Position numbers and translations under genes: made by a program
The notes under the pieces: generated by a model
Seen by the model: the letters and a program-made list of their open reading frames with translations, nothing else
What the model was told of the DNA's origin: nothing
Database searches by the model: none
Origin: Synechococcus sp.
GTDB lineage: Bacteria > Cyanobacteriota > Cyanobacteriia > Thermostichales > PCC-7336
DNA: 55,138 bases
Assembly (NCBI GenBank): GCA_051439425.1
Contig: JBFRWD010000156.1
Location: 1-55,138 of the forward strand
Direction: 5' to 3'
Shown: piece after piece, positions 20,548 through 30,400 of the stretch
How the letters are laid out: each line of letters opens with the position of its first letter
Position numbering within the stretch: the stretch's first letter is position 1

Positions 20548-20999
20548 TCATTCGCTCCAACCGTCTAATGCCTGCGAACTCAACAACGATCGGACCTGCC
20601 GATTGTCAAAAGACCGAGTATGACTTAGTGCCACCACCAGCTGCTCTCAGGCCAACCACTACAATTCGGCATTCTTAACGTTAGTATCTTGACCAAAAAC
20701 TGGTGATTGTCACAGGTAGACAAGCACAGGGTTTGATGGTGGTCTTGCCCGTCCCATGCACAGTCCGATGTATCTGGGGAAGGTTGGGTGCGTTACATAT
20801 CAACCGGGCTGTATTGTCGGACTCGCCTGCGATCGGGGCAACTTTAGGCATAGAGGTGATGGAGGTGCTCCGGCTCTTGCATTCCAACCGATCGACTCTT
20901 GTGGTGGCACGGCCGAGACTTGACTGACATAGCACCCACGAATAAATGTCACACTGGTAGAACTTGCACTGTTAGACCCGATATGGGGTAGAGAAGGGG

Positions 21000-21182
21000 A
21001 TGGGCATCGTATTCATACTCTATGTTGGCTTCACGCTGTACTTGTATTTCACGCGGGAGCCCATTCGGCTGGAAGTGAATTTTGTGTTGGGACGATGGTA
21101 TGAATTCCTGACTGATTTTTTCTATCGCCTGCGCCAGAGTGCGTCGTCAGCCTATCGTCAGCGTCGCAATCGCCGATATTGA
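21000..21182 (+). CDS. small membrane protein (hypothetical)
   Basis: Purine-rich RBS before ATG; N-terminal TM (IVFILYVGFTLYLYF) and basic tail. Confidence 0.5.
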   Translation: MGIVFILYVGFTLYLYFTREPIRLEVNFVLGRWYEFLTDFFYRLRQSASSAYRQRRNRRY

Positions 21183-21266
21183 ATGTTCGGTTGTTGTTGA
21201 GGTCAAGATGCTATCTATTCGAGTCACTCCTCGTCGAATGACTTGAGCCGATCCAGGGCGGCTGGA

Positions 21267-22997
21267 TTAATGGGCTTGGAATTGTTTGTTGTAGAAGTCG
21301 GCATAACGTCCCTGTCGATCCAGCAGTTCGGTGTGGGTGCCGGACTCCACAATACGCCCGCTTTCCAAAAATAAGATTCGATCCGCTTTTCGCACCGTAC
21401 TGAGGCGGTGGGCAATCACGAATACCGTCCGATCGCGCATGGCCCGCTCTAGTGCTTCCTGCACCAAAGCTTCTGATTCGGAATCGAGCGCTGAGGTGGC
21501 TTCATCCAAAATCAACACGCGCGGATTCAACAATACAGCTCGGGCGATCGCAATCCGCTGCCGTTGCCCCCCCGATAAATTAACACCGCGCTCTCCCACC
21601 CAGGCATCGTATCCGTCTTCTTGCTGGGTGATAAACGTATGGGCGTTACCCACTTTGGCGGCGGCTTGCACCGCATCTCTGTTGGGGTCGAGCTGACCGT
21701 AGGCGATATTCTGAGCCAGAGTGCCGGAAAACAGAGCTGTATCTTGAGGCACGATACCAATTTGCTGGCGCAAGCTGGGAATGGTGACGTCACGAATGTT
21801 GTGGCCATCTACCAGGATTTCGCCTTCTTGAGGATCGTAGAATCGAGCGAGCAGGTTCACTAGAGTTGTCTTCCCCGCTCCAGAGGGGCCCACCAATGCC
21901 ACTACTTCCCCCGGATGCACTAAAACGCTGACCTGTTGCAACACCGGCTGGCTGGGTTGATAGGCAAAGCTGACATTGCGATATTCTACTTTGCCGGTGA
22001 TGGGGGGAAGGGCGATCGCCCCTGCCTGCTCTTCTACGGAGGGCTTGACTTCCATCAGTTCAAAGATGCGTTCGATGGAGGCTTCAGCCTGTTTGAATTC
22101 GTTGTATTGATTGGTGACCAGGTCGATAGGATGTAGCAATAGAACGACTGCTGTGATGTAGCTAATGAATTCCTGCGGTTGCAGCTGTCCGATAGAAATT
22201 TGCCAGCCGCCGATGAAAAACAGCAACACAATGCTGACGGCTTCAAGAAAACCGATGGCAGGAAATTGAACGGCTTTCAACTCCTCTGCGCGATACTTTG
22301 CCATCCGATCGCGTTCTGCCTGGGCTTCAAATTTGCCTACTTCGTAGTCTTGGGCTGCGAAGGCTTGCACGATGCGAATGCTGCCGAACACCTCCGTCAA
22401 CATGGATGACAGGTTGGACACCTGCATCTGGCTCTTGCGCGACAGTTCTAGCAGCCGTCGGCCTACAGCCCCGACTAGCCAACCCATTGACGGTGCCAGG
22501 ATGAGACTGGCCAGCGTCAGAGGCCAGTTGAGGTAGAGCATATAAATGGGGATTGCAACCAACTGCAGGACGCAAGAAAGGAACTGCTGAGATAACTTGC
22601 CGACGGCTTCCCCAATCCGATCGATATCTTCCGTTAAGCGATACGTTAAATCGCCAGTCTTTGAGGTTTCAAAGTAGTCCAAACCCAGGCTGTGGAGATG
22701 GCGATAAACGTTACTTCTCAGGTTGTACATCATATTGAGAGAACCCACGATAGTTTGGGTTTTCTCGAAGTACATGAAGACCGATCGTACCAAGAAGATG
22801 AATGTCGCTAGTCCCAACCACTTGACGAGCTGCTGGATATCACCGGCTCCCATGTAGGCAGAGATTCTTCCAGTGGTGTAGGGCAGCGCCAATGTGAACA
22901 ATACGTATCCAAGTGTGCAGGAAATACCTCGGATAAATAACGGTGCCTGTGCTTTGAAATAGGGGGAAAGTTTCCCATAGCTCGCACGGATGGACAT
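21267..22997 (-). CDS. ABC exporter, fused permease/ATP-binding (MsbA-like)
   Basis: TM domain followed by GPSGAGKTT, LSGGQRQRIAIAR, ILDEATSALD, IAHRLST. Confidence 0.93.
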   Translation of the reverse strand: MSIRASYGKLSPYFKAQAPLFIRGISCTLGYVLFTLALPYTTGRISAYMGAGDIQQLVKWLGLATFIFLVRSVFMYFEKTQTIVGSLNMMYNLRSNVYRHLHSLGLDYFETSKTGDLTYRLTEDIDRIGEAVGKLSQQFLSCVLQLVAIPIYMLYLNWPLTLASLILAPSMGWLVGAVGRRLLELSRKSQMQVSNLSSMLTEVFGSIRIVQAFAAQDYEVGKFEAQAERDRMAKYRAEELKAVQFPAIGFLEAVSIVLLFFIGGWQISIGQLQPQEFISYITAVVLLLHPIDLVTNQYNEFKQAEASIERIFELMEVKPSVEEQAGAIALPPITGKVEYRNVSFAYQPSQPVLQQVSVLVHPGEVVALVGPSGAGKTTLVNLLARFYDPQEGEILVDGHNIRDVTIPSLRQQIGIVPQDTALFSGTLAQNIAYGQLDPNRDAVQAAAKVGNAHTFITQQEDGYDAWVGERGVNLSGGQRQRIAIARAVLLNPRVLILDEATSALDSESEALVQEALERAMRDRTVFVIAHRLSTVRKADRILFLESGRIVESGTHTELLDRQGRYADFYNKQFQAH

Positions 22998-23142
22998 TAG
23001 CGATCGACAGGTCGTAAGTACGCAGTCTTAATCATAGGGGGCAACGGTTCGGTTGCGGCTGCGGGCATGACAGCTGTGCTGATTCACCGATCGATACGAA
23101 ATACTTCCAGATACCTGTAAGGAGACACAGGCTGGCGGGAGC

Positions 23143-23160
23143 AGGACGTCCGGACGTCCT
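23143..23160. repeat. perfect 18-bp palindrome
   Basis: AGGACGTCCGGACGTCCT equals its own reverse complement. Confidence 0.8.
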
Positions 23161-23409
23161 TACCTGCAAATGGCTTGTAAAGGCTCCAGTCATGCCAAGA
23201 GGAGTGTTGGGGGGTAAAAGTAGTCACCTAATCTGGAGGTTCCCCTATGAGCAGGGTAGATGCTCCAAGTCTTTGGAGCGTTATCTTTGGCCTGCTGGAT
23301 AACTGGTATCGGGAGTTTGGTCCCAGTCTGATCCAGTGGTGCCTGACCCCAAACTCAGCTTTAGTGACAGCGAGATGTCGAGCTTGCTGCCGGCCATGGA
23401 TGACTTTCA

Positions 23410-23603
23410 ACTCAACGGACTTTAATCCAAGTGAAAACTGCTGGTCGAAAATGAAAGCCGAGCTCACTAGGATGGAAGCACGCAATCAAGAGCGCTTAGA
23501 CGACGCAACCTTTGAGGGTATAAATCTGCTAACTCTCACTGATATTCATAGCTGATTTGCTCACTGCTGTTACTGTTCTAAATCACCATGAATACTGGCT
23601 ACA
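23410..23603 (+). pseudogene. IS630-family transposase 3' remnant
   Basis: Translates NSTDFNPSENCWSKMK...DIHS*FAHCCYCS, matching the IS630 C-terminus (SPDFNPIENxWSKxK...WFxHCCY); TGA at 23553 where Trp is expected; ends in GGCTACA, a possible degenerate ...GCTATA terminus. Confidence 0.75.
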
Positions 23604-23976
23604 AATTACGCTCTTCATTACATATTTAAGGTTAGCGATCGTTTAACTGACGAATGCGATGGAAACTACAGTTGGAACAGAGCATAAAATCCTAATTGGA
23701 TATAGCGTTCGAGCCATAAGCGAGAATATCCTCGGCTCCCAATCCCAACAAGATTGAGTACTTATTTCTAACAGATTCCTAGAGTTGACATTTCTGTACG
23801 GATCTCGGAAGAGTATTATATGTCTCAGTCATATAATTAAGAAGCCTACTTATTAATTATTGCTTCATGCAAGAGTTGTATATCTATACCTGTGTCAAAA
23901 TTTAATTAAGAGGGAGGTAGTCTATTTCCCTTGAGGTAGGGTTCTCTTCACAATTCCTGAGAAAGAGGAGATCGGG

Positions 23977-24348
23977 GTGATTCACGCCATAAAGGTGGCT
24001 ATCCCAATTATCTGCACAGCATTTTTGGCAATCGCAGGACTACCCAAGTCGCTACTAGCTACCGTGGCTACTTATTCACCTAATGAAGAACAACCCCTGA
24101 GTATTGTCGACTATCAAATCAGCGAGTCATCTTTAAGCGATCGGCCAGGGCAATGTTTGTCTAATACTGAAAAATCACAAGTAATCGCTCAAGCATATAT
24201 TCTGTGTGAGAGATGGTTGGCACCTTATATTTTGCTACGGCGCTTTCTAATGCCTGGACCTCAAATGGTTTGTATTGATGAGGTGATTGATGTTCGAACA
24301 GGTATCATCTTAAACCGAGCCTACGCCCCATGCGATCGTAGATGTTAG
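23977..24348 (+). CDS. hypothetical exported Cys-containing protein
   Basis: GAGGAG RBS 6 nt before GTG; signal-like N-terminus; several Cys in the C-terminal half. Confidence 0.6.
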   Translation: MIHAIKVAIPIICTAFLAIAGLPKSLLATVATYSPNEEQPLSIVDYQISESSLSDRPGQCLSNTEKSQVIAQAYILCERWLAPYILLRRFLMPGPQMVCIDEVIDVRTGIILNRAYAPCDRRC

Positions 24349-24522
24349 AGTAATATGGTCAAGGTCAAGTTGAGTGAATACTTTTTTCATGGCCATATTT
24401 TAAGGCAGACACATTTTGAGATGGCATCCAATAATCACATAAAGTACTTATCAATAAGCTCATAAGGCTCAATCATCAATATTTATCTGTAAATGTAAAT
24501 TGTGTGCTCATTTAAGTCTTAC

Positions 24523-27500
24523 TCAAAGAGGACAAATGTTGACTCTTGAGTTTTCTGGATGGCTTTCCAAGTAAGGCTGGAGCCAATCACAACCAGAATT
24601 TATCAAAGTATCCAAGCTTAATTGTTCGACCGGCTCATCATTCAAAAGTTTAAAACTATTCACAATCCCGTCGACGGTGACAGCAGTTAACATGTTTTGA
24701 GAGTCTTGAGAGGTAAAGCGAAGGTCGCGTACCCTATTGGGTAAAGGAAATTGGTCAATTCTTTCCTCGTTGAAATTCCATAACTGAATACTTCCATCAT
24801 ATAGATGAATAGCAAGGAGCTTGCTATCAGGGCTAAAGCGAAAACCTTCCACTCGCTCGTCGAGTGTAAGTCTAACAAGCTCCTTGCCGTTCAAATTCCA
24901 TAACGTAACAATATAGTCATTAGTGTCACTAGCTAAAGTTATGAAAGCTAGTGAATTACCATCGGGACTAAAGCCAGAGTTTTCGATTCGCCCGGGTAAA
25001 TTAAAATTAGAGATTTCTTCTCCGCTTAAGTTCCATATGCGAATAATACTATCAATATCATTGGAAATAGTAGCGAAAGTCTGCCCATCAGGGCTAAAGA
25101 GAAATTCATGCGGTATACCAGATTTCTCGTTTGTAGTAAGCTCATCCCATTCTCTTGCACTAACATTCCATCGCTGAATAGAACCATTATCCGAAAGTAT
25201 GGCGAAAGTGTCGCCGGCAGCGCGGAAGGGCCTCACTATTCTAGACGTCTCCTCAGTAGACAACTCAGTCCATTCATTCTCTCTTCCCCATAGTTGAACT
25301 GTGCCATTATCAAAAGAAATAGCTATAATATTTCCGTCGCGATTAAATTGAAGTTCTTGTGGGTTTGGAACTTTTGCCTCCTCTTCTACAGGGGATAATT
25401 CATCTACCTGATTCCCCTGCAACTCAATAAAGAATTTATCTACCTGATTCCCCTCCAAGTCCCATAGTTGAACAACGTTATTCAGCGAGATAGTCGCTAA
25501 GTCTATGTCATCGGTGTTAGGGTTAAAACTTACAGCTAAAACTATATCTAAAGCATCAACTAATCCAATCTGTTTTTGCTCAAGTACATTCCATATCTGA
25601 ACACGGTTATCATTCCACGATGTAAGTGCTAAAAACTCGCCGCTAGAATCAAGGCGGGACGAAAAAGACATTTCACCTTGTAAGGGCATAGGGAGTTGAA
25701 AGGAATCTTGTAGCAAGTTCCAAAAACTCAGGAATTCGTTGTCCAAAATGAGTAATTGTTCACTACTGAAGCTAATGTCTCTTACCGGTCCGTATGCTTG
25801 TAAATGATTTTGAAAAAAAATTCTTTCTCCTAGCAAGTTTAATAGTTGAACCTGACCGTTATTCAAGCCAACCGCTAAAGAGTTGCCGTTATCAATGAAG
25901 GAAAGACTCAAGACCGAAGTGGACGCATCCTGAAGCTCAGGATTAAGTTGATAAGAAGCAACTTCATTTTTATTGTCCTCACTATCCAAGTCCCATAACT
26001 GAATAGATCCATCTACTGTCGCAGTAGCTAATATTTTACTATCTTCACTAAAATCCATTGCTACTACACTATCATCAGCCGGAAAAACTGTTGAAGAGTT
26101 GCTAATGTCCTTTGCTCGCTCCCAGAGGCGAACAAAATGCTCACCAGCATAAGAAATAGTGGATGTTGCTAGCATCTGGCTATTTGGACTAAGCGCAGAT
26201 GTCAATAAGTTTTCACGTTCAAATGGGAGGATAGGGAAGAGAAGATAACCTGTTTCCCAATCAAATATTTTAATCGAGTTAGGATTAGCTTCAAATACCC
26301 TAACAACTAAAGGGTTGACATTTGGTTCTAATTCAAGATTTTCGTCTGAGTTCGATCTTTCAATTGGTGAAAGCTCGGAACATCTTTGTCTGTCTTGTAT
26401 ATTCCAGCGACGAATTTGATCGTTATTGAATGCTACAAAAAGAATCTGACCTTCGGGGCTGAAACGAAGTCCCTGAATAGGATTCGAGCCTGTATCAAAA
26501 CCTTCGTGAATAGCCTCACAAATGTTTCTACCTGTTGTCAAATCCTTTACTTGAAGATGGCCATCTACAAAAACAGCAGCAGCAGTCTTCATGTCTATAC
26601 TTAATTCAAAGAGCCTAATGCCATCATTCCCGGCGAAAGAAAAGTAATTACTTTCTTGAATCTTTGAAAGAATGTTCTGGATTTGATCTTTAATTTTTAG
26701 AAGTAAATCATCTCTTTCGAATCGACTAATAAATCTAGTACCTAATGGGTCCTTTTGCAAAAAATTACGAGCATTCTGGGCATTACTTATTGAACTTTGT
26801 AAAGCATCGAGGAGTTTACCAGAATCAATTAGATGAGCTGTATTTTCAATTCTATTTTGAATGTTGTTCTTGTTGTGATTAATATGCCAGCGGCCTATGG
26901 GATAGAAAAGGGCAAGACAACCAATTACAACGCCTGCTAGAGTTCTTCTTATTAGGAGACGTCTCTCCCGTTGCTCATTTTCTCTTTGTTTTTGTTTGTT
27001 TTCTCTTTGCTTTTGTTCAAAATAAAAATCTCTTCGCCAATCAAGGACTGCTTGACAAAGAAAGTCATGAAAGACCTCATATCGGCATTCGTCTTCACGC
27101 TCGAGAGCTTGACCGACTGAGCGGATAATCCTTCTATTACCCTCGGATAGTTTATCGAGGAGCTTCTTCAGGGTATTGGAATCACAACCAACAAAAGTAG
27201 CTAGATCCTGAACGGTATAGGAATATTTTGTTCCCGATGGAGTCACTAGATATTGGAAGCTGCGAGCGAGAATGCTTTTCTCCCTCTCAGATTCTATGGA
27301 GTTCATAGTTTTAGAAACATGCTCTCGGATAATCCACTTAATTGCATCCTTAGCTGTCTTCTCTCTCTCCGTATCTTTTTGATTTGCCAATTGTATCAGT
27401 GTTTCCAAAGTCAAATGGTTCAGTTTCATCTCACTCCAAAGATGACTCATTACCAATTGCAGATATGGGGGAAGAATTTGGTTTTCATGCAAATTCCGAT

Positions 27501-28428
27501 CTATTTTAGTAGTTCCAGCCAAGCCTCTACCTTCCTTCTCGACCTCTACCTGAGGAATCTCTTTCAAAATCGTATCTACAAGATCCTCATCAATCTTCAC
27601 AGCTTCTGCTGAGGGCACATCCTGGTTATATCTATCAATAGGATTATTAATGGCCTCTTTTGCTGACTGTATGTCAAGATGTTCAATATGCAAACATACA
27701 TCCAATAAACTTGGAATTTGTTTTCTCAATCGCTCTAACTTCGAGTAAGAGTCCTCACGTAGCGAAATCAGAAAGTTAACTCTCATCTCGGGACAATCGA
27801 TTATGCGAGATATCTCTCGAATGAAAGAATCATTAGATGAGTCTGGAGAATGGTATAAGAGATATTCTTCAAACTGGTCCAATATTATTAATATTCGGCC
27901 ATCAAATTTCTCTCCACCAAGCTGATGAGCCCAATCCTTTAATTTGTCAAATAAAGCCTTCTCATACTTATAAGTAATAATACTTAAGCCTGTATTGCGA
28001 AGATCTTCCTCAATCTGCTCTCCTAAAGCGTCCAGGGGATCTTCCTTCCATGATCGTTTCCCATCAAGAGGAGGAAAAACTGTTACCGCAAGTTTTGGTA
28101 CACCAAAATCTTCTTTGTTATTCTCAGCCTCGTCATGTATGGCGCTTACAACTCCAGCTCGAAGCACAGAGCTTTTACCTACACCACTCTCACCATAAAG
28201 AACTACTATACGCCAAGCAAATAAGTTATTTAGTATGCGTTGGATATCTCTCTCCCTACCAAAGAATATGTCTTTATCAGCTTCGGTATACGGATTTAAT
28301 CCCTTGTAAGGGAAGCCAATATTATTCCGTAACTCTGGAGTAAGTTCAGCCTGATTGTCTGATAAAAATTCCTCTGTATTGTCCAAGTCATTATTTGAAT
28401 TATGGTGAGTCGTTGTAATGTTTTTCAT
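24523..28428 (-). CDS. nSTAND1-type NTPase - coiled coil - TM - WD40 beta-propeller protein
   Basis: PYKGLNPY..FFGRE, Walker A GESGVGKSS, Walker B ILIILDQFEE, SLRED, PYLQLVMSHLW, YEVFHDFL; TM TLAGVVIGCLALFYPIG; many FSPDG...LW WD40 repeats. Confidence 0.92.
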   Translation of the reverse strand: MKNITTTHHNSNNDLDNTEEFLSDNQAELTPELRNNIGFPYKGLNPYTEADKDIFFGRERDIQRILNNLFAWRIVVLYGESGVGKSSVLRAGVVSAIHDEAENNKEDFGVPKLAVTVFPPLDGKRSWKEDPLDALGEQIEEDLRNTGLSIITYKYEKALFDKLKDWAHQLGGEKFDGRILIILDQFEEYLLYHSPDSSNDSFIREISRIIDCPEMRVNFLISLREDSYSKLERLRKQIPSLLDVCLHIEHLDIQSAKEAINNPIDRYNQDVPSAEAVKIDEDLVDTILKEIPQVEVEKEGRGLAGTTKIDRNLHENQILPPYLQLVMSHLWSEMKLNHLTLETLIQLANQKDTEREKTAKDAIKWIIREHVSKTMNSIESEREKSILARSFQYLVTPSGTKYSYTVQDLATFVGCDSNTLKKLLDKLSEGNRRIIRSVGQALEREDECRYEVFHDFLCQAVLDWRRDFYFEQKQRENKQKQRENEQRERRLLIRRTLAGVVIGCLALFYPIGRWHINHNKNNIQNRIENTAHLIDSGKLLDALQSSISNAQNARNFLQKDPLGTRFISRFERDDLLLKIKDQIQNILSKIQESNYFSFAGNDGIRLFELSIDMKTAAAVFVDGHLQVKDLTTGRNICEAIHEGFDTGSNPIQGLRFSPEGQILFVAFNNDQIRRWNIQDRQRCSELSPIERSNSDENLELEPNVNPLVVRVFEANPNSIKIFDWETGYLLFPILPFERENLLTSALSPNSQMLATSTISYAGEHFVRLWERAKDISNSSTVFPADDSVVAMDFSEDSKILATATVDGSIQLWDLDSEDNKNEVASYQLNPELQDASTSVLSLSFIDNGNSLAVGLNNGQVQLLNLLGERIFFQNHLQAYGPVRDISFSSEQLLILDNEFLSFWNLLQDSFQLPMPLQGEMSFSSRLDSSGEFLALTSWNDNRVQIWNVLEQKQIGLVDALDIVLAVSFNPNTDDIDLATISLNNVVQLWDLEGNQVDKFFIELQGNQVDELSPVEEEAKVPNPQELQFNRDGNIIAISFDNGTVQLWGRENEWTELSTEETSRIVRPFRAAGDTFAILSDNGSIQRWNVSAREWDELTTNEKSGIPHEFLFSPDGQTFATISNDIDSIIRIWNLSGEEISNFNLPGRIENSGFSPDGNSLAFITLASDTNDYIVTLWNLNGKELVRLTLDERVEGFRFSPDSKLLAIHLYDGSIQLWNFNEERIDQFPLPNRVRDLRFTSQDSQNMLTAVTVDGIVNSFKLLNDEPVEQLSLDTLINSGCDWLQPYLESHPENSRVNICPL

Positions 28429-28477
28429 CACTCTTACTCTATCCTCAAGGTTCTTTTGTGCTTGTCAAAGAAAATGT

Positions 28478-30400
28478 CTACTCTATCTCTTCCACAGCCT
28501 GCATTAGAGATGCTACGAATCTTTTTGTAGAACCAGAAATTGATAGCAACTCTATCTTCCGTTTCCCCCCCCAAATTATTGACTCTATATCCTCATCCTG
28601 GGAGGGATAAATTAGTTTCGATCCTGTTTCAAGTTGATCTTCTTCCCAAATCCAATGCAATAATAATTGCAATTCTGAATCATTGGGGTTGACACCCAGA
28701 AATAAAATACTCGATTCTTGGAGAATTCTGCGCAGACTAGGTGGTAACTTCTTAATTTGAGTTCGAATTAGAGAATTCAGGTGTTCTTCAGTAACAACAA
28801 AACCTTCATCCTCTGAAACTTTATCTTGACTTCCATACAGCTTCAAAATAATTGGATGTGGCTTCTTCGAACTACCCCAAGGTTTTCTAAGCGGTAGCTT
28901 AGCGTCATCGTTATTCGGGTCAATAATAGTCTTCGGATCCGTAGTGCCATAAGGTTTATGCTTGAACTTACCACGTTCGCTGCCATCAGCCATATAATAA
29001 ATAACATCGTAGGGCTGATCTTCCTCATCAAAGGCTTCCTCCAATAGTGTATCGAAACATGTTGTTACTATTAGCTGAAATGGAAGCCCTTCATGACGTT
29101 TTGGATAATGCTTAGAAAGCATTACTCTTGGTAACTTAGCAAAGAACTGATGTATTTGATTCGGAGAGCTTAACCCATTTCTTTCGAATTGTTCATCAAT
29201 AATTTGATAGAAGTCTCTTAGACTTTGATTCTGCTTGTAGTATTGAGATAGATATCTGAGATTTATCTTAGCAACAGATAGTTGTTGCTCTTTATATCGA
29301 GGGCATTCTGGGTCTCTTTCTATCCCCTCCAAAAGAGGACATCCTTCGGGTCTATTTTCAGGCGGATAGTGACAAAACTGGCAAGGAACTCCCATTTGTC
29401 TCTGAAATATATTCCAATTTGGCGAATCTAAAGATATAGCCTCTTCTGCTAGTCCTTCACTCCTTGTTTTCTCAATCAAATTTGATGCGAGATTAATGTA
29501 AAAGTCCGGACTAATACCCAGACCAAGAAATGGGACAACATTGCCAAATTTAAATTGTTTGACAATTGCTTTGTATTGATTAGCTGACAGTACGGGCCTA
29601 CGTGGAGGGTTTCTAGGATCTAAAGGTCTATCGCGTAAGAAATGTTTGGTAAAACTAGCAGCAATTTTGGCAGCGTAGTCATGCCACTCATCATTTTTCT
29701 CTGCATCAGCAAAGTCGCAGATAGATTTAATAGTCAAGTATCTTTTGCGTTTAAAACTTTGCCAAGCGCCAGCGCTAGATCCATATCCTTCCATCTCAAT
29801 TGCTAAGATTTTGCGATTTCCCTCGGCAATCTCATCACGAATAGCACTGTCTGCTATCACCTTCTCACCAGAAGCAATCACTCCGCAATGAATTTGAGGG
29901 AACGTTTGGGTGCCATCGGGCCTGGGTAAATCGGGAGGTGGGGGCCAGTGAGTAACATTTCTCTCCCGATCCAAGTGACTAACATTTCTCGCCCGATCCA
30001 AAAGGGTTGCATCAGCTGGATACATTACTGGTTCTGGATATCTGTTTTCGGCGGTGAGTTTATTACGCTCGTAGTAATAAATTGTTCGACCTATCACCAG
30101 ATCGCCAAACTTTTGCTCATCTTTGTCTACACCTGCAGCGATTCCTACCAGCAAAATAGCTCTAGGATCCCAGTGGTGGATTGTATCAGCAACCAATAGC
30201 GCAGAATCAACACCACCCATGTCTGCTGCCTGACACACAACTATTTCATAGAATTCACCTTTACCGATTTCTAAAGCCTTGCGCCAGTAAGTTCTCGGCC
30301 CCTCCGGAACACGTTCCGAGTCGCCCATCTCAAACTCTTTACAGACAGCATCACGCTCGATGTCGATGGCAGTAACGATCGCAAAATCTATCTTTGGCAT
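28478..30400 (-). CDS. PNP/MTA-SAH nucleosidase-like domain fused to a SIR2-like domain
   Basis: N-term: IVTAIDIE, LLVGIAAG, GDLVIG, GVIASGEKVI, AIEMEG, IKSICDFAD..KND.W..YAA. C-term: VVPFLGLGIS, LIVTTCFDTLLE.AF, ILKLYGS, SILFLG. Confidence 0.88.
   Translation of the reverse strand: MPKIDFAIVTAIDIERDAVCKEFEMGDSERVPEGPRTYWRKALEIGKGEFYEIVVCQAADMGGVDSALLVADTIHHWDPRAILLVGIAAGVDKDEQKFGDLVIGRTIYYYERNKLTAENRYPEPVMYPADATLLDRARNVSHLDRERNVTHWPPPPDLPRPDGTQTFPQIHCGVIASGEKVIADSAIRDEIAEGNRKILAIEMEGYGSSAGAWQSFKRKRYLTIKSICDFADAEKNDEWHDYAAKIAASFTKHFLRDRPLDPRNPPRRPVLSANQYKAIVKQFKFGNVVPFLGLGISPDFYINLASNLIEKTRSEGLAEEAISLDSPNWNIFQRQMGVPCQFCHYPPENRPEGCPLLEGIERDPECPRYKEQQLSVAKINLRYLSQYYKQNQSLRDFYQIIDEQFERNGLSSPNQIHQFFAKLPRVMLSKHYPKRHEGLPFQLIVTTCFDTLLEEAFDEEDQPYDVIYYMADGSERGKFKHKPYGTTDPKTIIDPNNDDAKLPLRKPWGSSKKPHPIILKLYGSQDKVSEDEGFVVTEEHLNSLIRTQIKKLPPSLRRILQESSILFLGVNPNDSELQLLLHWIWEEDQLETGSKLIYPSQDEDIESIIWGGKRKIELLSISGSTKRFVASLMQAVEEIE
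29948..30001. repeat. 27-bp in-frame tandem duplication (LDRARNVSH/LDRERNVTH)
   Basis: gtgagtaacatttctctcccgatccaa / gtgactaacatttctcgcccgatccaa (2 mismatches). Confidence 0.85.

Noticed and set aside
20681..20935. Overlapping short ORFs on both strands
   Set aside because: No recognisable motif or convincing start; cannot tell which, if any, is real.
23247..23555. 102-aa ORF as an intact gene
   Set aside because: Only the 3' half resembles IS630 transposase, and the similarity continues past the stop codon; treated as a pseudogene fragment.
23785..23837. TTGACA and TATTAT/TATAAT as a sigma70 promoter
   Set aside because: Spacing between the hexamers (23 bp or more) does not fit a canonical promoter.
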